Position numbers and translations under genes: made by a program
Notes under the pieces: model-generated
Database searches by the model: none
What the model saw: only the letters and a program-made list of their open reading frames with translations
What the model was told of the DNA's origin: nothing
In this document: in pieces, positions 51,756-61,389 of the stretch
How the letters are laid out: each line of letters begins with the position of its first letter
How positions within the stretch are numbered: position 1 is the stretch's first letter
From: Bryobacterales bacterium
Lineage (GTDB): Bacteria; Acidobacteriota; Terriglobia; Bryobacterales; Bryobacteraceae
Length of the DNA stretch: 64,000 bases
Assembly: GCA_963767775.1 (NCBI GenBank)
Contig: CAVYFI010000004.1
Coordinates: forward strand, 153,006-217,005
Direction of reading: 5' to 3'

Positions 51756-52154
51756 ATGGTGCGCCTTATAGGTGCGGTCTTAGCCGGATACATCGCGGTT
51801 GGGGTCCTGGTGGTTCTCACGGATCAGATCTTTGCCCTCGCGGTTCCAGGTTTCCGGGCCACGGCCACGCCGCCGCTGTATTATTTCGTGACCATAACGT
51901 TCACCAACACGCTATACTCGATCGCCGGCGGATACCTATGCGCCGCCACCGCACGTGCCGCCGCCCGCACGGCCACGCTGGGGCTGATGATCTTCGGGGA
52001 ACTCATGGGCGTCGTGGCAACGGTTCTGAGCTGGCGCACCGAGCCGCATTGGTACGCGTTCGGGCTGCTGGTGCTGTTTCCACTCGCGGTATGGATCGGC
52101 TACCGGCTGCGATCGGGCAGCGCCGAACGAACCTTGGTCAGCAGCGCCGGCTAG
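51756..52154 (+). CDS. hypothetical 4-TM membrane protein
   Basis: Four hydrophobic stretches (LIGAVLAGYIAVGVLVVL, LYYFVTITFTNTLYSIAGGYL, LGLMIFGELMGVVATVL, YAFGLLVLFPLAVWIGY). Intact. Confidence 0.45.
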   Translation: MVRLIGAVLAGYIAVGVLVVLTDQIFALAVPGFRATATPPLYYFVTITFTNTLYSIAGGYLCAATARAAARTATLGLMIFGELMGVVATVLSWRTEPHWYAFGLLVLFPLAVWIGYRLRSGSAERTLVSSAG

Positions 52155-53032
52155 GCCCCGGCCGCATCTTCCGCCGCGAGCTTGAGGTCGAGACCGAAGT
52201 CTTTCTTCACGCGCTTCCGAAAACCCTCGGCGTCCAGTGCATTGAGATCGATCCACTCTTCATCCGTCATGGCGGCTCTCCAAGCCAGAAATGGTTCCGC
52301 ATCCGGGCCGCAAGGATGCCGCAGTTTCCAGGTGCCGCTTTCGATGATATTTCTGATTACGCCGGCGATGATGGACGGCGGCACAGGGTGCTCGAGTGAG
52401 GCCTTAAACAGCGCCGCGCTGTTCCTTCCCTGGCGGTAATGCGACGGGGGCGCCTCGCCAATCCCGTGCGCCATCGGTGTCTCGATGATGCCGGGTTCCA
52501 CAATGGCCACGCGCACGCCAAAAGGTTTCATCTCTCCGGCCAGCCCTTCGCTGAGGGCCTCCAGCGCGAACTTCGATGCCATATATGCGGTGAGCGATAA
52601 ACCCACTATCCTTCCCGCTACGGAACTGACGTTGATAATGCAACCGCTCCTGCGCTCCCGCATGCCCGGCACCACCTGGCGAATGCACCGCAGCGCTCCG
52701 AAGTAGTTGGTCTCCATGGTGGCCCGAAAATCCTCCATAGGAAGTTCCTCCACCGAGCCATGCCGCTCGATGCCGGCATTGTTCACCAGAACGTCGATGA
52801 GGGGGCCCTGCCGATGGAGCGTCGCGAAGCAGTCTTCAACCGACCGGTCGGAATCGACATCCATGGTGAGAATGGTAATCGGCAGACCTTCCGTGGACGC
52901 GCGTTCGCTCAGCTCCGGCGCTCGCGCGGGATTGCGCATCGTGGCATACACCTGGTGGCCTGCCCGGCCGAGTTCCAACGCCGTCGCCAGTCCGATTCCG
53001 GTACTCGTTCCCGTGATCAGTATCTTTGCCAT
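52151..53032 (-). CDS. short-chain dehydrogenase/reductase (SDR)
   Basis: ILITGTSTGIGLATA (TGxxxGxG), NNAG, YMASKFALEAL (YxxxK). Intact 293 aa. Confidence 0.85.
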   Translation of the reverse strand: MAKILITGTSTGIGLATALELGRAGHQVYATMRNPARAPELSERASTEGLPITILTMDVDSDRSVEDCFATLHRQGPLIDVLVNNAGIERHGSVEELPMEDFRATMETNYFGALRCIRQVVPGMRERRSGCIINVSSVAGRIVGLSLTAYMASKFALEALSEGLAGEMKPFGVRVAIVEPGIIETPMAHGIGEAPPSHYRQGRNSAALFKASLEHPVPPSIIAGVIRNIIESGTWKLRHPCGPDAEPFLAWRAAMTDEEWIDLNALDAEGFRKRVKKDFGLDLKLAAEDAAGA

Positions 53033-53123
53033 CTGGGTGCCCTCCTGACCGAATGACTACGGTATCATGTCATCATTTGAAACACCTCTACCGAACGCGC
53101 GTCCAAGGGAGGACCGCTAAACC

Positions 53124-53399
53124 ATGCCCTGCCTATTCCTGATCGTGATCCTGCTGTTCCCGCGCGTCGCTTTGGCGCTGCTGTTCCTGTTCACGCATTA
53201 CCTCGACCGCGCCTTCCATAGCATCCTGCTCCTAATCCTGGGCTTCATATTCTTGCCATTCACGACGCTGGTGTTTGCCTGGATGGTCAACAGCGGCTTG
53301 CCGATCGCAGGAGTCAACCTGCTATGGATCTTGATCGCCGTGATCGCGGATTTGGGAACAGTCGGGCACGGGTACAGTCGGCGGCAGGCCAGGCCATAG
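53124..53399 (+). CDS. hypothetical small 3-TM membrane protein
   Basis: MPCLFLIVILLFPRVALALLFLF..., entirely hydrophobic apart from the tail. 91 aa. Confidence 0.4.
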   Translation: MPCLFLIVILLFPRVALALLFLFTHYLDRAFHSILLLILGFIFLPFTTLVFAWMVNSGLPIAGVNLLWILIAVIADLGTVGHGYSRRQARP

Positions 53400-53561
53400 C
53401 AGCGTGCTATACTGGCGAAGTCGGACATAACTTCGGCATCCTGCTAAGTGATTGATTTTAAAGTACTAACTGCTTAGGTTTTACCTAACTCTTTCGTTTT
53501 CAAAGATTTCCATTAACCAGGCGCTTTCAGCCTGGAGCCAAGCCCGGAAAGGAATTACTCA

Positions 53562-54056
53562 ATGAGGGATTTTCTCTTGATAGCCGGATTGCTGGCAACA
53601 CCGTTCACAACCAGCGTTCAGCAGTACCGGGCGGGGCCGTCGATCGACCAGAACGATCCGCGGCTGTCCCGGCTGACGAAGTTCTTCGCCGACCGCGATT
53701 CTCCGCTTCAGGATGCAGCCAAGGATTTTCTAGTCGCCGCCGACCAAAACGAACTGGATTGGAGGCTGCTGCCCAGCATTTCCTTTATCGAATCGAGCGG
53801 AGGCAAGGATTACCGCAATAACAACGTTTTCGGCTGGGATTCGTGCAAGGAGCGGTTTTCGTCGGTACGGGCGGGGATACACTATGTAGCGGCTCAGCTT
53901 GGAAAATCACGCCGCTACAAGGACAAGGACATCAACGGCAAGCTGCAGGATTTACAATCCCCTGCCACAGTACTCCCAACGCGTGAAGGCCGTCATGCGG
54001 GCCATCGGATCTTGCTCCCAACCGCAGATGTTGACAGCGGATTGAGTCCGCCTTAG
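53562..54056 (+). CDS. hypothetical secreted protein; weak resemblance to lytic-transglycosylase/glucosaminidase-type motif; possible frame switch near the 3' end
   Basis: Signal-like MRDFLLIAGLLATPF. LPSISFIESSGGKDYRNNNVFGW. After ~53950 a shifted frame (YNPLPQYSQRVKAVMRAIGS) looks more protein-like than the track ORF. Confidence 0.4.
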   Translation: MRDFLLIAGLLATPFTTSVQQYRAGPSIDQNDPRLSRLTKFFADRDSPLQDAAKDFLVAADQNELDWRLLPSISFIESSGGKDYRNNNVFGWDSCKERFSSVRAGIHYVAAQLGKSRRYKDKDINGKLQDLQSPATVLPTREGRHAGHRILLPTADVDSGLSPP

Positions 54057-54205
54057 CCGCCTTGCATCACATGAACGCCCCAATAAAGGCCACCAAAGAC
54101 GATCAGTGAGATTGCGATAACTAGGACCCAGCGGAGCACCCGCTCGGTGTTGGACGACGATTTATGCTCGTCCAATTTGATTTGCTCGTCGAGGCTTTCG
54201 AACAT
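54053..54205 (-). CDS. candidate 50-aa single-TM protein (below the ORF-track cutoff)
   Basis: My translation gives MFESLDEQIKLDEHKSSSNTERVLRWVLVIAISLIVFGGLYWGVHVMQGG. A GGGAGG SD lies 7 nt before the ATG at 54205. Same strand as, and 103 nt downstream of, the sigma54 activator. Confidence 0.4.
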   Translation of the reverse strand: MFESLDEQIKLDEHKSSSNTERVLRWVLVIAISLIVFGGLYWGVHVMQGG

Positions 54206-54308
54206 AGATAACCTCCCTATGATTCCGATATGAAACGAGCCAGCCCAAGTATAGTCCTGAGACGCGCGAAATGACAGGGTGTTAGTGGCTTTGTTTTGAA
54301 CGGCGCCG

Positions 54309-55625
54309 TTATACCGTCATGCGTTCGAGCTTGCGGTAGAGCGTTTTGCGCTCGATTCCCAGAATCTTCGCCGCACGGCTTTTATTGCCGCCGGTGGCTG
54401 CCAGCACGCGCCGGATCTGGTCAGCTTCGGTATCGGCCAGGCTCTCGCTCGCCGTGTCGCGGGGCTCGGTAAGCTCGATAGCTTCGCGCACCGCTGCGTC
54501 GTCGATGCGGCCTTGGGGAGTCACGATGACCAGCCGCTCGATCATGTGCTGCAGTTGGCGGACGTTTCCCGGCCAGCTGTAGTTTTCGAGCGCCCGCAAT
54601 GCCGACTCGGTGATTTTCGCCTGTTGGCCGTAGCGCTCGTTGTATTTCTTCAGAAAATAATGCGCCAACAGCGGAACGTCGCCGCGTCGTTCGACCAAGG
54701 GCGGCAAGATAACGCGCACCACATTCAGGCGATACCACAGGTCCTCGCGAAACTTGCTCTGGTCCACCATCTTTTGCAGATCGCGATTGGTAGCTGCAAC
54801 CACGCGCACGTCCACTTTTCTCCCGCGCGGCGAGCCCAGCGGCCGGATCTCTTTTTCCTGCAGGAATCGCAGCAGGTTCAGTTGAAAACCGAACTCCAGA
54901 TCGCCGATTTCGTCCAGAAACACGGTGCCGTTATTAGCAGCCTCAAACACGCCCATGCGATCGCGATCGGCGCCGGTGTAGGCGCCTTTTAACGCCCCGA
55001 ACAATTCGCTTTCAAGCAGCGACGGCGCGATGGATCCGCAGTCCACCGGCACGAAAGGCTGATGCGCGCGCGCGCTGTTGTTATGAATCATGCGCGCGAT
55101 CATTTCCTTGCCGGTGCCGGTTTCGCCTTCCAGCAACACCGTGGCGTTGGTGGGCGCGACCAGCGAGACGGTCTTATAGATCTCGACCATCTTGGGCGAG
55201 CTGCCGACCATCTCGCTTTCCGGCAGATCGTCGATTTCGGATTCCTTGTCGTCCGGCTGCTGGTTGACGCTGGCCTCGGCGCGCTTCACGGTGTCCAGCA
55301 TGCGGTCCAGCTCGAACGGCTTGGCGATGTAGTCGAAGGCGCCGCCCTGCGTGGCTTTCATTACCGTTTCGATGGTCCCGCGGGCGGTCATCAGAATCAC
55401 CGCGCAATTGGGATTATTCCTGCGAGCGCTTTCAAGCACATCCAGGCCGGTGCGCTCATCGATGTAAATGTCCGAGATGACGATCGGGTAGGAGTCGGCG
55501 CCCAAACGTTCCAAAGCTTCCCGCGTGGAGGAAACGGCATCCACGGCATAGCCTTCCAATTCGAGAAAAGTCCGGATTGTATTTCGGACGGAATTATCGT
55601 CTTCAACCACTAAAAGTCGCTGCAC
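54309..55625 (-). CDS. sigma-54-dependent response regulator (NtrC/AtoC family: REC - AAA+ - Fis HTH)
   Basis: LLVVEDD, PIVISDIYIDERTG, GETGTGKE, ESELFGALKGAYTGA (GAFTGA variant), AAKILGIERKTLYRKLE. GTG start. Intact 438 aa. Confidence 0.9.
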   Translation of the reverse strand: MQRLLVVEDDNSVRNTIRTFLELEGYAVDAVSSTREALERLGADSYPIVISDIYIDERTGLDVLESARRNNPNCAVILMTARGTIETVMKATQGGAFDYIAKPFELDRMLDTVKRAEASVNQQPDDKESEIDDLPESEMVGSSPKMVEIYKTVSLVAPTNATVLLEGETGTGKEMIARMIHNNSARAHQPFVPVDCGSIAPSLLESELFGALKGAYTGADRDRMGVFEAANNGTVFLDEIGDLEFGFQLNLLRFLQEKEIRPLGSPRGRKVDVRVVAATNRDLQKMVDQSKFREDLWYRLNVVRVILPPLVERRGDVPLLAHYFLKKYNERYGQQAKITESALRALENYSWPGNVRQLQHMIERLVIVTPQGRIDDAAVREAIELTEPRDTASESLADTEADQIRRVLAATGGNKSRAAKILGIERKTLYRKLERMTV

Positions 55626-55654
55626 TCTTACGCCACCTTGCCTACACTATTAGA

Positions 55655-57485
55655 CTACCAGCTGGGAGCCGCGGCCTCACGAGCGGCCGCCGGAAACACC
55701 ACCGTGAAGCAGGAGCCCTGGCCTGGCTGGCTGGTCACTTCCATCTTGCCCGCCGTGATGGTGGACGATCTGCTCCACGATGGAAAGACCGATGCCGGTA
55801 CCCACTTCGCCCGAGGTTTCGGCGCGCTTGGTGCGATAAAACTTCTGGAAGATCTGGCGCAACTCTTTGGCGTCCATGCCGATGCCCTGGTCTTGGACCG
55901 AGAGACGCAGTTGAGTCGCCTTCGGTGCGGCACGCGACCGTGACCTGGGTATCGGCCGGCGAGTATTTCACTGCGTTCGTGAGCAGGTTGTAGATGGCGT
56001 ATTCCATCAGCTCGCGGTCGCCCTCGAGGTTTCCTTCCAGCTCTCTGCGTAAGGATGCGGATGTTCTTGCGCTCCGCGAGCGGAGCACGCGGGCCACGCA
56101 GGCTTCCACGATCTCGCGAACCTCGAACGGCTCGCTGCTTCAGCTCCATCTGGCCGTCACGTAAAGGCGCTCGACGTCTAAGAAGCGTTTGGATCATGCG
56201 CGCCAGCCGCTTGGATTCCATGTTGATCATCTCTGCGAACTGTTTGCGCTTCTCTTCGCTTAGGTTGTAGCGGCCCATCAGCTCGCTCGATCCCTGGATG
56301 GCCGTAAGCGGCGTCCGCATTTCATGAGTGACGAAGTGGATGGCCTGCTGGTAGCGATGGCGTTCGGTTTCAGAAGCCCGCAACGCTCGGCGCACTACAA
56401 AGTGTTGATAGCTGGCGGCGGCGATTGCGGTGAGCCAGGCCGAGGCCAGCGGCGCGAAAAATGGAAACACGACACCCTCGCGGAAGATCAGAAATGGCGT
56501 GGCGTGTGCGGCCACCAGCAATGCTCCAGCGGCGGCATAGGCCGGAAGACCTGAGAGAAACGCGAAGATCAAGCCCGGCGATCACGCCCACCGCGATGCA
56601 GAAGCCCAGCACCGACGAGATTCGAGGCGTTGGTCAGGAATCGGCCGCGTTCCAAGGTTTCAAAAAGCTGCGCGTGAACCTCCACGCCAGGGATGCGGCC
56701 CTGGCCATAGGGCGTGGCAACGCGGTCGTACGTCGCCGATATGGAAGTCACGCCGATGAAGACAACCTGTCCGTTGAATCTGGCCGCCAGCTCCGGTTTG
56801 GCGAGCAACTCCTTCAAGGAAACGCTGGGAATCGACTCCCGCGTGTATAGGACGCGCAGCGGACGGCCGACGCCGCCGGCTCGAGGGGCTGGAATCACCA
56901 GATCTCCAACCTGCAAATCGCTGGGCGACTCCAGGATCTTCGCGCCTCGGGCCAGCCGGAACGCTTCTAGAGCCAGCGACCAGTGCCTCTCGGCCGCGGT
57001 TCGTTCCTCCAGCGGAATCTCGCGGGTGACGCCGTCGGCTGCCAGCTCGTCGGCGCCGTCGTGGCCAACCGCCGCGGCATGCTTGCCGGAAGAATGGACA
57101 GCGGATCTTCCCACTGGCCGTTATCCAGATGGGCCGCCAGAACAAGGTTGTTGATGCCCTGCATCGCGCGATCCAGGCGCTGGTCTTCGGCCGGATCTTT
57201 CCAGGGGTCCGACAGGACCACATCCAGCGCCACGGCTTTCGGATTCGCGCCGCTTGACCAGATCGAACGCCTGGGCCCACATGCTGCGATAGCCGCCCAG
57301 GCCTCCCATGGAGGTGAAGGTGGCGTCGTCAATTGCCAGGATCACCGAATGCGACGGCGGCAGGCGGCCGGCGGATCCAGGCGGAACATCCAGTCGTAGC
57401 CGTAATCGTCGATCTGGGCCGCTAGCGCGGTCCATCCCAGCAGAATCGCCAGTGCCAGAGTGCCGGCCAGGATCGCGACATAGCC
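55655..57485 (-). CDS. CHASE2-domain sensor histidine kinase; at least 4 frame switches; start not resolved
   Basis: CHASE2-like SVILAIDDATFTSMGGLGGYRSMWAQAFDLV / KAVALDVVLSDPWKDPAEDQRLDRAM (57121-57435, 56967-57332). H-box FVTHEMRTPLTAIQGS (55655-56572). N-box YNLLTNAVKYSP (55735-56109). G-box GTGIGLSIVEQIVHHHGG (55677-55877). Immediately upstream of the NtrC-type regulator. Confidence 0.75.
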
Positions 57486-57495
57486 GAGCGTGAGT

Positions 57496-58766
57496 CTATT
57501 TGGAGACGGCTTTTTCAATTTCGTCCGGCTCCTTCGGCAGCGCCGCGCTCAGCACTTGGCGCCGTTCGCGGTCACCAGCACCACATCCTCGATGCGAATG
57601 CCGAGTTGTTCCTCCTTGATGTATACGCCCGGCTCGATGGTGATCACCATGCCCGCTTCGAGCGGCCCGTTCGGATGGCGGATCGTGCACATCTAAGCCT
57701 ACCTGGTGTCCGATGTCGTGGATGAAATATTTGCCCAGCGGCTCGCCATGCAGATCCTTGCCGTGCGCGTCCATGTAATCGCGTGCGATTTTGGTGAGCG
57801 AGTTTCCAGGGCCGCTCGCAGCCACGCGCCCGGTTGCACGGCGGCAATGGCCGCTTTTTGCGCGCCGAGAACCACCTGGTAGACTCCCGCTGGCGCGGCG
57901 TGAATTTGCCTGCCACGGGAACCGTGCGCGTGATGTCGCTCGCGTATTCGTCGCACTGCGCGCCCGCGTCGATCAGCACCAGTTCGCCACGATCCATGCG
58001 CCGCTGGTTGGACATGTAATGCAGAATAGGACCATTCGGCCCCGAGCCGACGATCGGTGAATAGGCCGGGCCCTCGCACCCGCCATCAAGGAATGTATCG
58101 AGCAGCTTGGCGCCGATCTGATATTCGAATTGGCCGGCCGTCATGCTTCTCCAGGCCGCGCGATGCGCCTGGATGCTGACGTCGGTGGCGTGCTGAATCG
58201 CGGCAATCTCGGCCGCCGATTTCTTGAGGCGCAGTTGCGTGATGAGCGGCGTGGCGTCGTAAACTTCGCGAAAGGGATAGCGCCCGCGCAATTGGCCGGC
58301 GTAGGCTTCGGTCCAGGGCGCGTACAAGCGAGCATGTTCGGCCAGCGCGGCGTCGAGCTGGGATTCGAGCTTTTCGATCGGCAGAACTTTGTCGAAACCC
58401 GTGACTGAGTGCACGTCAGCGTCTTCGGCCGATGTGCGCTTGCCGTGATAGCGCTCCGCGCGCTCATCGTGACGCGGCAGAAACAGGATTTCATCGGTGG
58501 GGGTCAGCAGCAGCGCGGCGCCGGGTTCGGTCCAGCCGGTCAGGTAGTAGAAGTTCGGCTCTTGAGCGAAGCGGAAGATCGGATCGTAGCCTTCGGCTTC
58601 TCCCTTGAGCAGGAACACTCCATCGTCGAGTGAATGTCGCAGCGCGGCGCGCCGGGCCCGGAACTCGTCCGGCGGGGCTTTGGCCTGACGCCAGCGCCGC
58701 AAGGGCGACGAACAACGCTACCGAGCCGCGCGCGTGAGCGAGCGGTCTACAGGATTTCCGGATCAA
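57496..58766 (-). CDS. pepP: M24-family Xaa-Pro aminopeptidase; at least 3 frame switches
   Basis: [39 protein letters not shown] (57644-58702), [16 protein letters not shown] (57699-58079), [16 protein letters not shown] (57496-57825). Signal-like [14 protein letters not shown] in 58491-58766. Confidence 0.8.
58716..58746 (-). repeat. copy of dispersed ~30-nt REP-like element (core cgcggYtcRgta), here overlapping the pepP 5' end
   Basis: The minus strand reads accgctcgctcacgcgcgcggctcggtagcg. Compare 38541-38572. Confidence 0.5.
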
Positions 58767-58778
58767 ACGCCCAATCTA

Positions 58779-58859
58779 TCAAAAGTGATGGGTGAAGAGC
58801 GCAATGAGAAGAATGATCGGAATCGGTACGCCTATGAAAAGTAGCAAAATTGATCGCAT
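58779..58859 (-). CDS. candidate 26-aa hydrophobic peptide (below the ORF-track cutoff)
   Basis: My translation gives MRSILLLFIGVPIPIILLIALFTHHF. A GAAGGAGG SD lies 7 nt before the ATG at 58859. 21 nt downstream of the stop of the 242-aa membrane protein, same strand. Confidence 0.4.
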   Translation of the reverse strand: MRSILLLFIGVPIPIILLIALFTHHF

Positions 58860-58880
58860 GGTAAGCCTCCTTCAGGCAGC

Positions 58881-59609
58881 CTAAACGGCCTTTACGTGAT
58901 CGCGTTGTCTCCCGCCGATAGTCGCCGCATAGCACGCACTAAACGCCCCCATCATAAGAGCGAGGAACAACCATAGCAGTAAATGCGCCGTCGCTTTGCG
59001 CGCCGCATCCTCTGTTTGACGGGCATCGGCGACGACGTCCGAAACCCGGGTCTGCGCCTCAGACAGGGTGATTCCGGTCTTGGCAGCGGTGAGCCGGGCC
59101 AGGTAATTTTGGTCTGCCTCCGGCATCTGATTCTGCCGCAGGGCGTTGGCGAGAATCCGTCCCGCTTCCGCCTGGACTGCAGCATCCTTATTTTCCGGCC
59201 CCGCGGAACGAAATAATGTATCTACAAAATACGCGTTGGGATCCGTGGCGGCGGCCGCCGTCAAGCCCACCATGGACGCGGCTGCCGACGCCAGAAAAGT
59301 CACGCTGATCACCAGCGCGACAGCCCATGCCAGAAAACCATTGGCTGTGTCGCGAAAGTATACTTCGTCCGTGTGTGTCAGGGCCCACTTGGTGCGCAGC
59401 CGGCCAGTGAGATAGCCACCCAATGCGGAAGCAACGATTTGGATGAAGATCAACCAAACAACGGCCGCCGTGCCTACCGCCGACGCTGATGCGCCAACGC
59501 TCGACCACGGCGAGACAGCGGACAAGCCGAGTCCGGCGCCTAGAGCCAGAAGAATCAAATAGAACGCGGCAGCCACGAAGGCTCCGCCAATCACCGCGCC
59601 CCAGGACAC
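58881..59609 (-). CDS. hypothetical multi-TM membrane protein with a soluble helical insert
   Basis: GAVIGGAFVAAAFYLILLALGAGLGL, AAVVWLIFIQIVASALGGYL, FLAWAVALVISVTFLASAA, and C-terminal LLLWLFLALMMGAFSACYAA. GTG start. Intact. Confidence 0.5.
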   Translation of the reverse strand: MSWGAVIGGAFVAAAFYLILLALGAGLGLSAVSPWSSVGASASAVGTAAVVWLIFIQIVASALGGYLTGRLRTKWALTHTDEVYFRDTANGFLAWAVALVISVTFLASAAASMVGLTAAAATDPNAYFVDTLFRSAGPENKDAAVQAEAGRILANALRQNQMPEADQNYLARLTAAKTGITLSEAQTRVSDVVADARQTEDAARKATAHLLLWLFLALMMGAFSACYAATIGGRQRDHVKAV

Positions 59610-59791
59610 GCCCGACGAATGGGCCTCCTTATTGGGGTAAAGTACGTCATTGGGATAGAGTAAATCTGTGAGAATTTACGTTGGTTTCCATCTGTGCCTA
59701 CCTCTTTTTGAGTTCAGAGCACATTAGGAACCATTCCGGGATCGCACAGAGCGCAAACTGTTTCGCGGCGCGCAGGAACATACTAGAACGT

Positions 59792-60593
59792 ATGGACCTC
59801 GCTAAACACTGTACAGTGCGCCCCGGTAGCAACGTGCGCCTGAAGAAGCACGATCCGGACGAGACCTTCGGAACGAAACGCAACGATAAGGCGCTCGATA
59901 AGACGCTGATCCGGCTGAGGGAGCTGCAACATCTGCTGTACGCCGACAAGCGTCATTCGCTGCTGATCGTCTTGCAGGGGCTGGACGCCGGCAGGCAAAG
60001 ACGGCACCATCCGGCACGTGATGTCCGGGGTGAATCCGCAGGGCTGCGACGTCACTTCGTTCAAGGCTCCCACGGCCGAGGAACTGGCCCGCGACTTCTT
60101 GTGGCGCATCCACAAGGCGGTTCCGCCCAACGGCAACATCGGGATCTTCAACCGCTCGCACTATGAGGATGTCCTGATTGTGCGGGTCCACGAACTGGTT
60201 CCCAAATCCGTATGGCGGCATCGCTACCGGCAGATCAACGATTTCGAGCGCATGCTGACCGACAACGGCGTCACGCATGTTGAAATTTTTCCTGCACATC
60301 AGCAAGGACGAGCAAAAGAAGCGCTTTGAGGCGCGCATTCAGGATCCGTCGCGCAATTGGAAGCTCTCGATGCCCGATTTCGAAGAGCGGCGGCATTGGG
60401 ACGACTACACCGCCGCGTACGAGGATGCGCTAGCAAATGCAGCACCGACGAAGCGCCCTGGTACGTGATCCCGGCCAATAATAAGTGGTTCCGAAATTAT
60501 CTGGTGGCGGAATTGGTGGTTCGGGCGCTGGACAATATGCGGTTAAAGTATCCTCCGCCATCGGTCGATCTGTCGAAAGTGGTATTAAAGTGA
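59792..60593 (+). CDS. ppk2: polyphosphate kinase 2 family protein; 3 frame switches (59993, ~60285, ~60440)
   Basis: [28 protein letters not shown] (P-loop-like motif interrupted by an extra A at 59993), [27 protein letters not shown] (60018-60329), [15 protein letters not shown] (60277-60468), [15 protein letters not shown] (60357-60593). Confidence 0.85.
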
Positions 60594-61330
60594 CCGAAGA
60601 CGCCACTACATTCCGCAACAAAGAAAAGGTCCTGCTCGACCTGTCCAAGGCGTTGCAATTCTCGCCCGATTCGTTAGAAGCTAATCGCAAAGGACGGCTT
60701 TCCAGCGAGCAGGCCAAGCGGATCGCCGGCAAGTGCTTTCAGCCCGTCATCTTCACCTGGCTGTTTGCCGTGGCGCCCTTCCTGGCGTGGACCCATATCC
60801 TGGCCGGCCGCCAGCAGATTTCATTCCGGGCCGCGCTGCCTGTGTTGATCGGCCAGCTCACTCACGTGAACGATCTGTTCGAGGCTCAGGGAAAACTGGG
60901 CGGCGTGATTATGCTCGGGTCCATCCTGATTTCCGTTGCCATCGCGGTATTCATGGCCTTTCGTGTTTCATTAGCGCTCTGCGCCGATGTCGTGGACCGC
61001 AAGGTCACCATGCAGGAAGGCCGGGTGATCGCTCGGGAAGAAACTATCAATCGGCCCAACGGCCGCGATCCTATCGAAAATTACTTCTTCTGTCTGCGCT
61101 ACCTCACCATGCCGGTGAATCTGGCGGCTTATCGGGCGCTGGAAGCCGGATCCATTTACCTGGTTTACCTGCTGCCTCGCAGCCAGTTACTGGTTTCCAT
61201 CGAACCGAAGATGGAGGACACACCAGAGATGCTGGCGGCACAGGCGGAGGCGTCGGCATTTGGGAGGGGCGAAGGTTCGTCGACTCGGATCGACAACAAC
61301 GCGGCCGTCCAACCAACTAGCTTGTCGTAG
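60590..61330 (+). CDS. hypothetical membrane protein (about 3 TM), translationally coupled to ppk2
   Basis: The GTG at 60590 overlaps the ppk2 stop (GTGA). FQPVIFTWLFAVAPFLAWTHIL and GGVIMLGSILISVAIAVFMAF. No family recognised. Intact. Confidence 0.45.
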   Translation: MTEDATTFRNKEKVLLDLSKALQFSPDSLEANRKGRLSSEQAKRIAGKCFQPVIFTWLFAVAPFLAWTHILAGRQQISFRAALPVLIGQLTHVNDLFEAQGKLGGVIMLGSILISVAIAVFMAFRVSLALCADVVDRKVTMQEGRVIAREETINRPNGRDPIENYFFCLRYLTMPVNLAAYRALEAGSIYLVYLLPRSQLLVSIEPKMEDTPEMLAAQAEASAFGRGEGSSTRIDNNAAVQPTSLS

Positions 61331-61389
61331 TCAGCCGCCAGAGCTCTGCCCTGCCGGCGGCAGTCCCAAGAGACTCGTAGAGTTAAGAC

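Noticed and set aside
53400-53561. AT-rich 160-nt spacer with TGcTATACT (53405-53413) as a possible ncRNA or long leader
   Set aside because: Apart from the extended -10-like nonamer, I found no stable stem-loop, terminator or conserved riboswitch-like motif. Kept only as a note.
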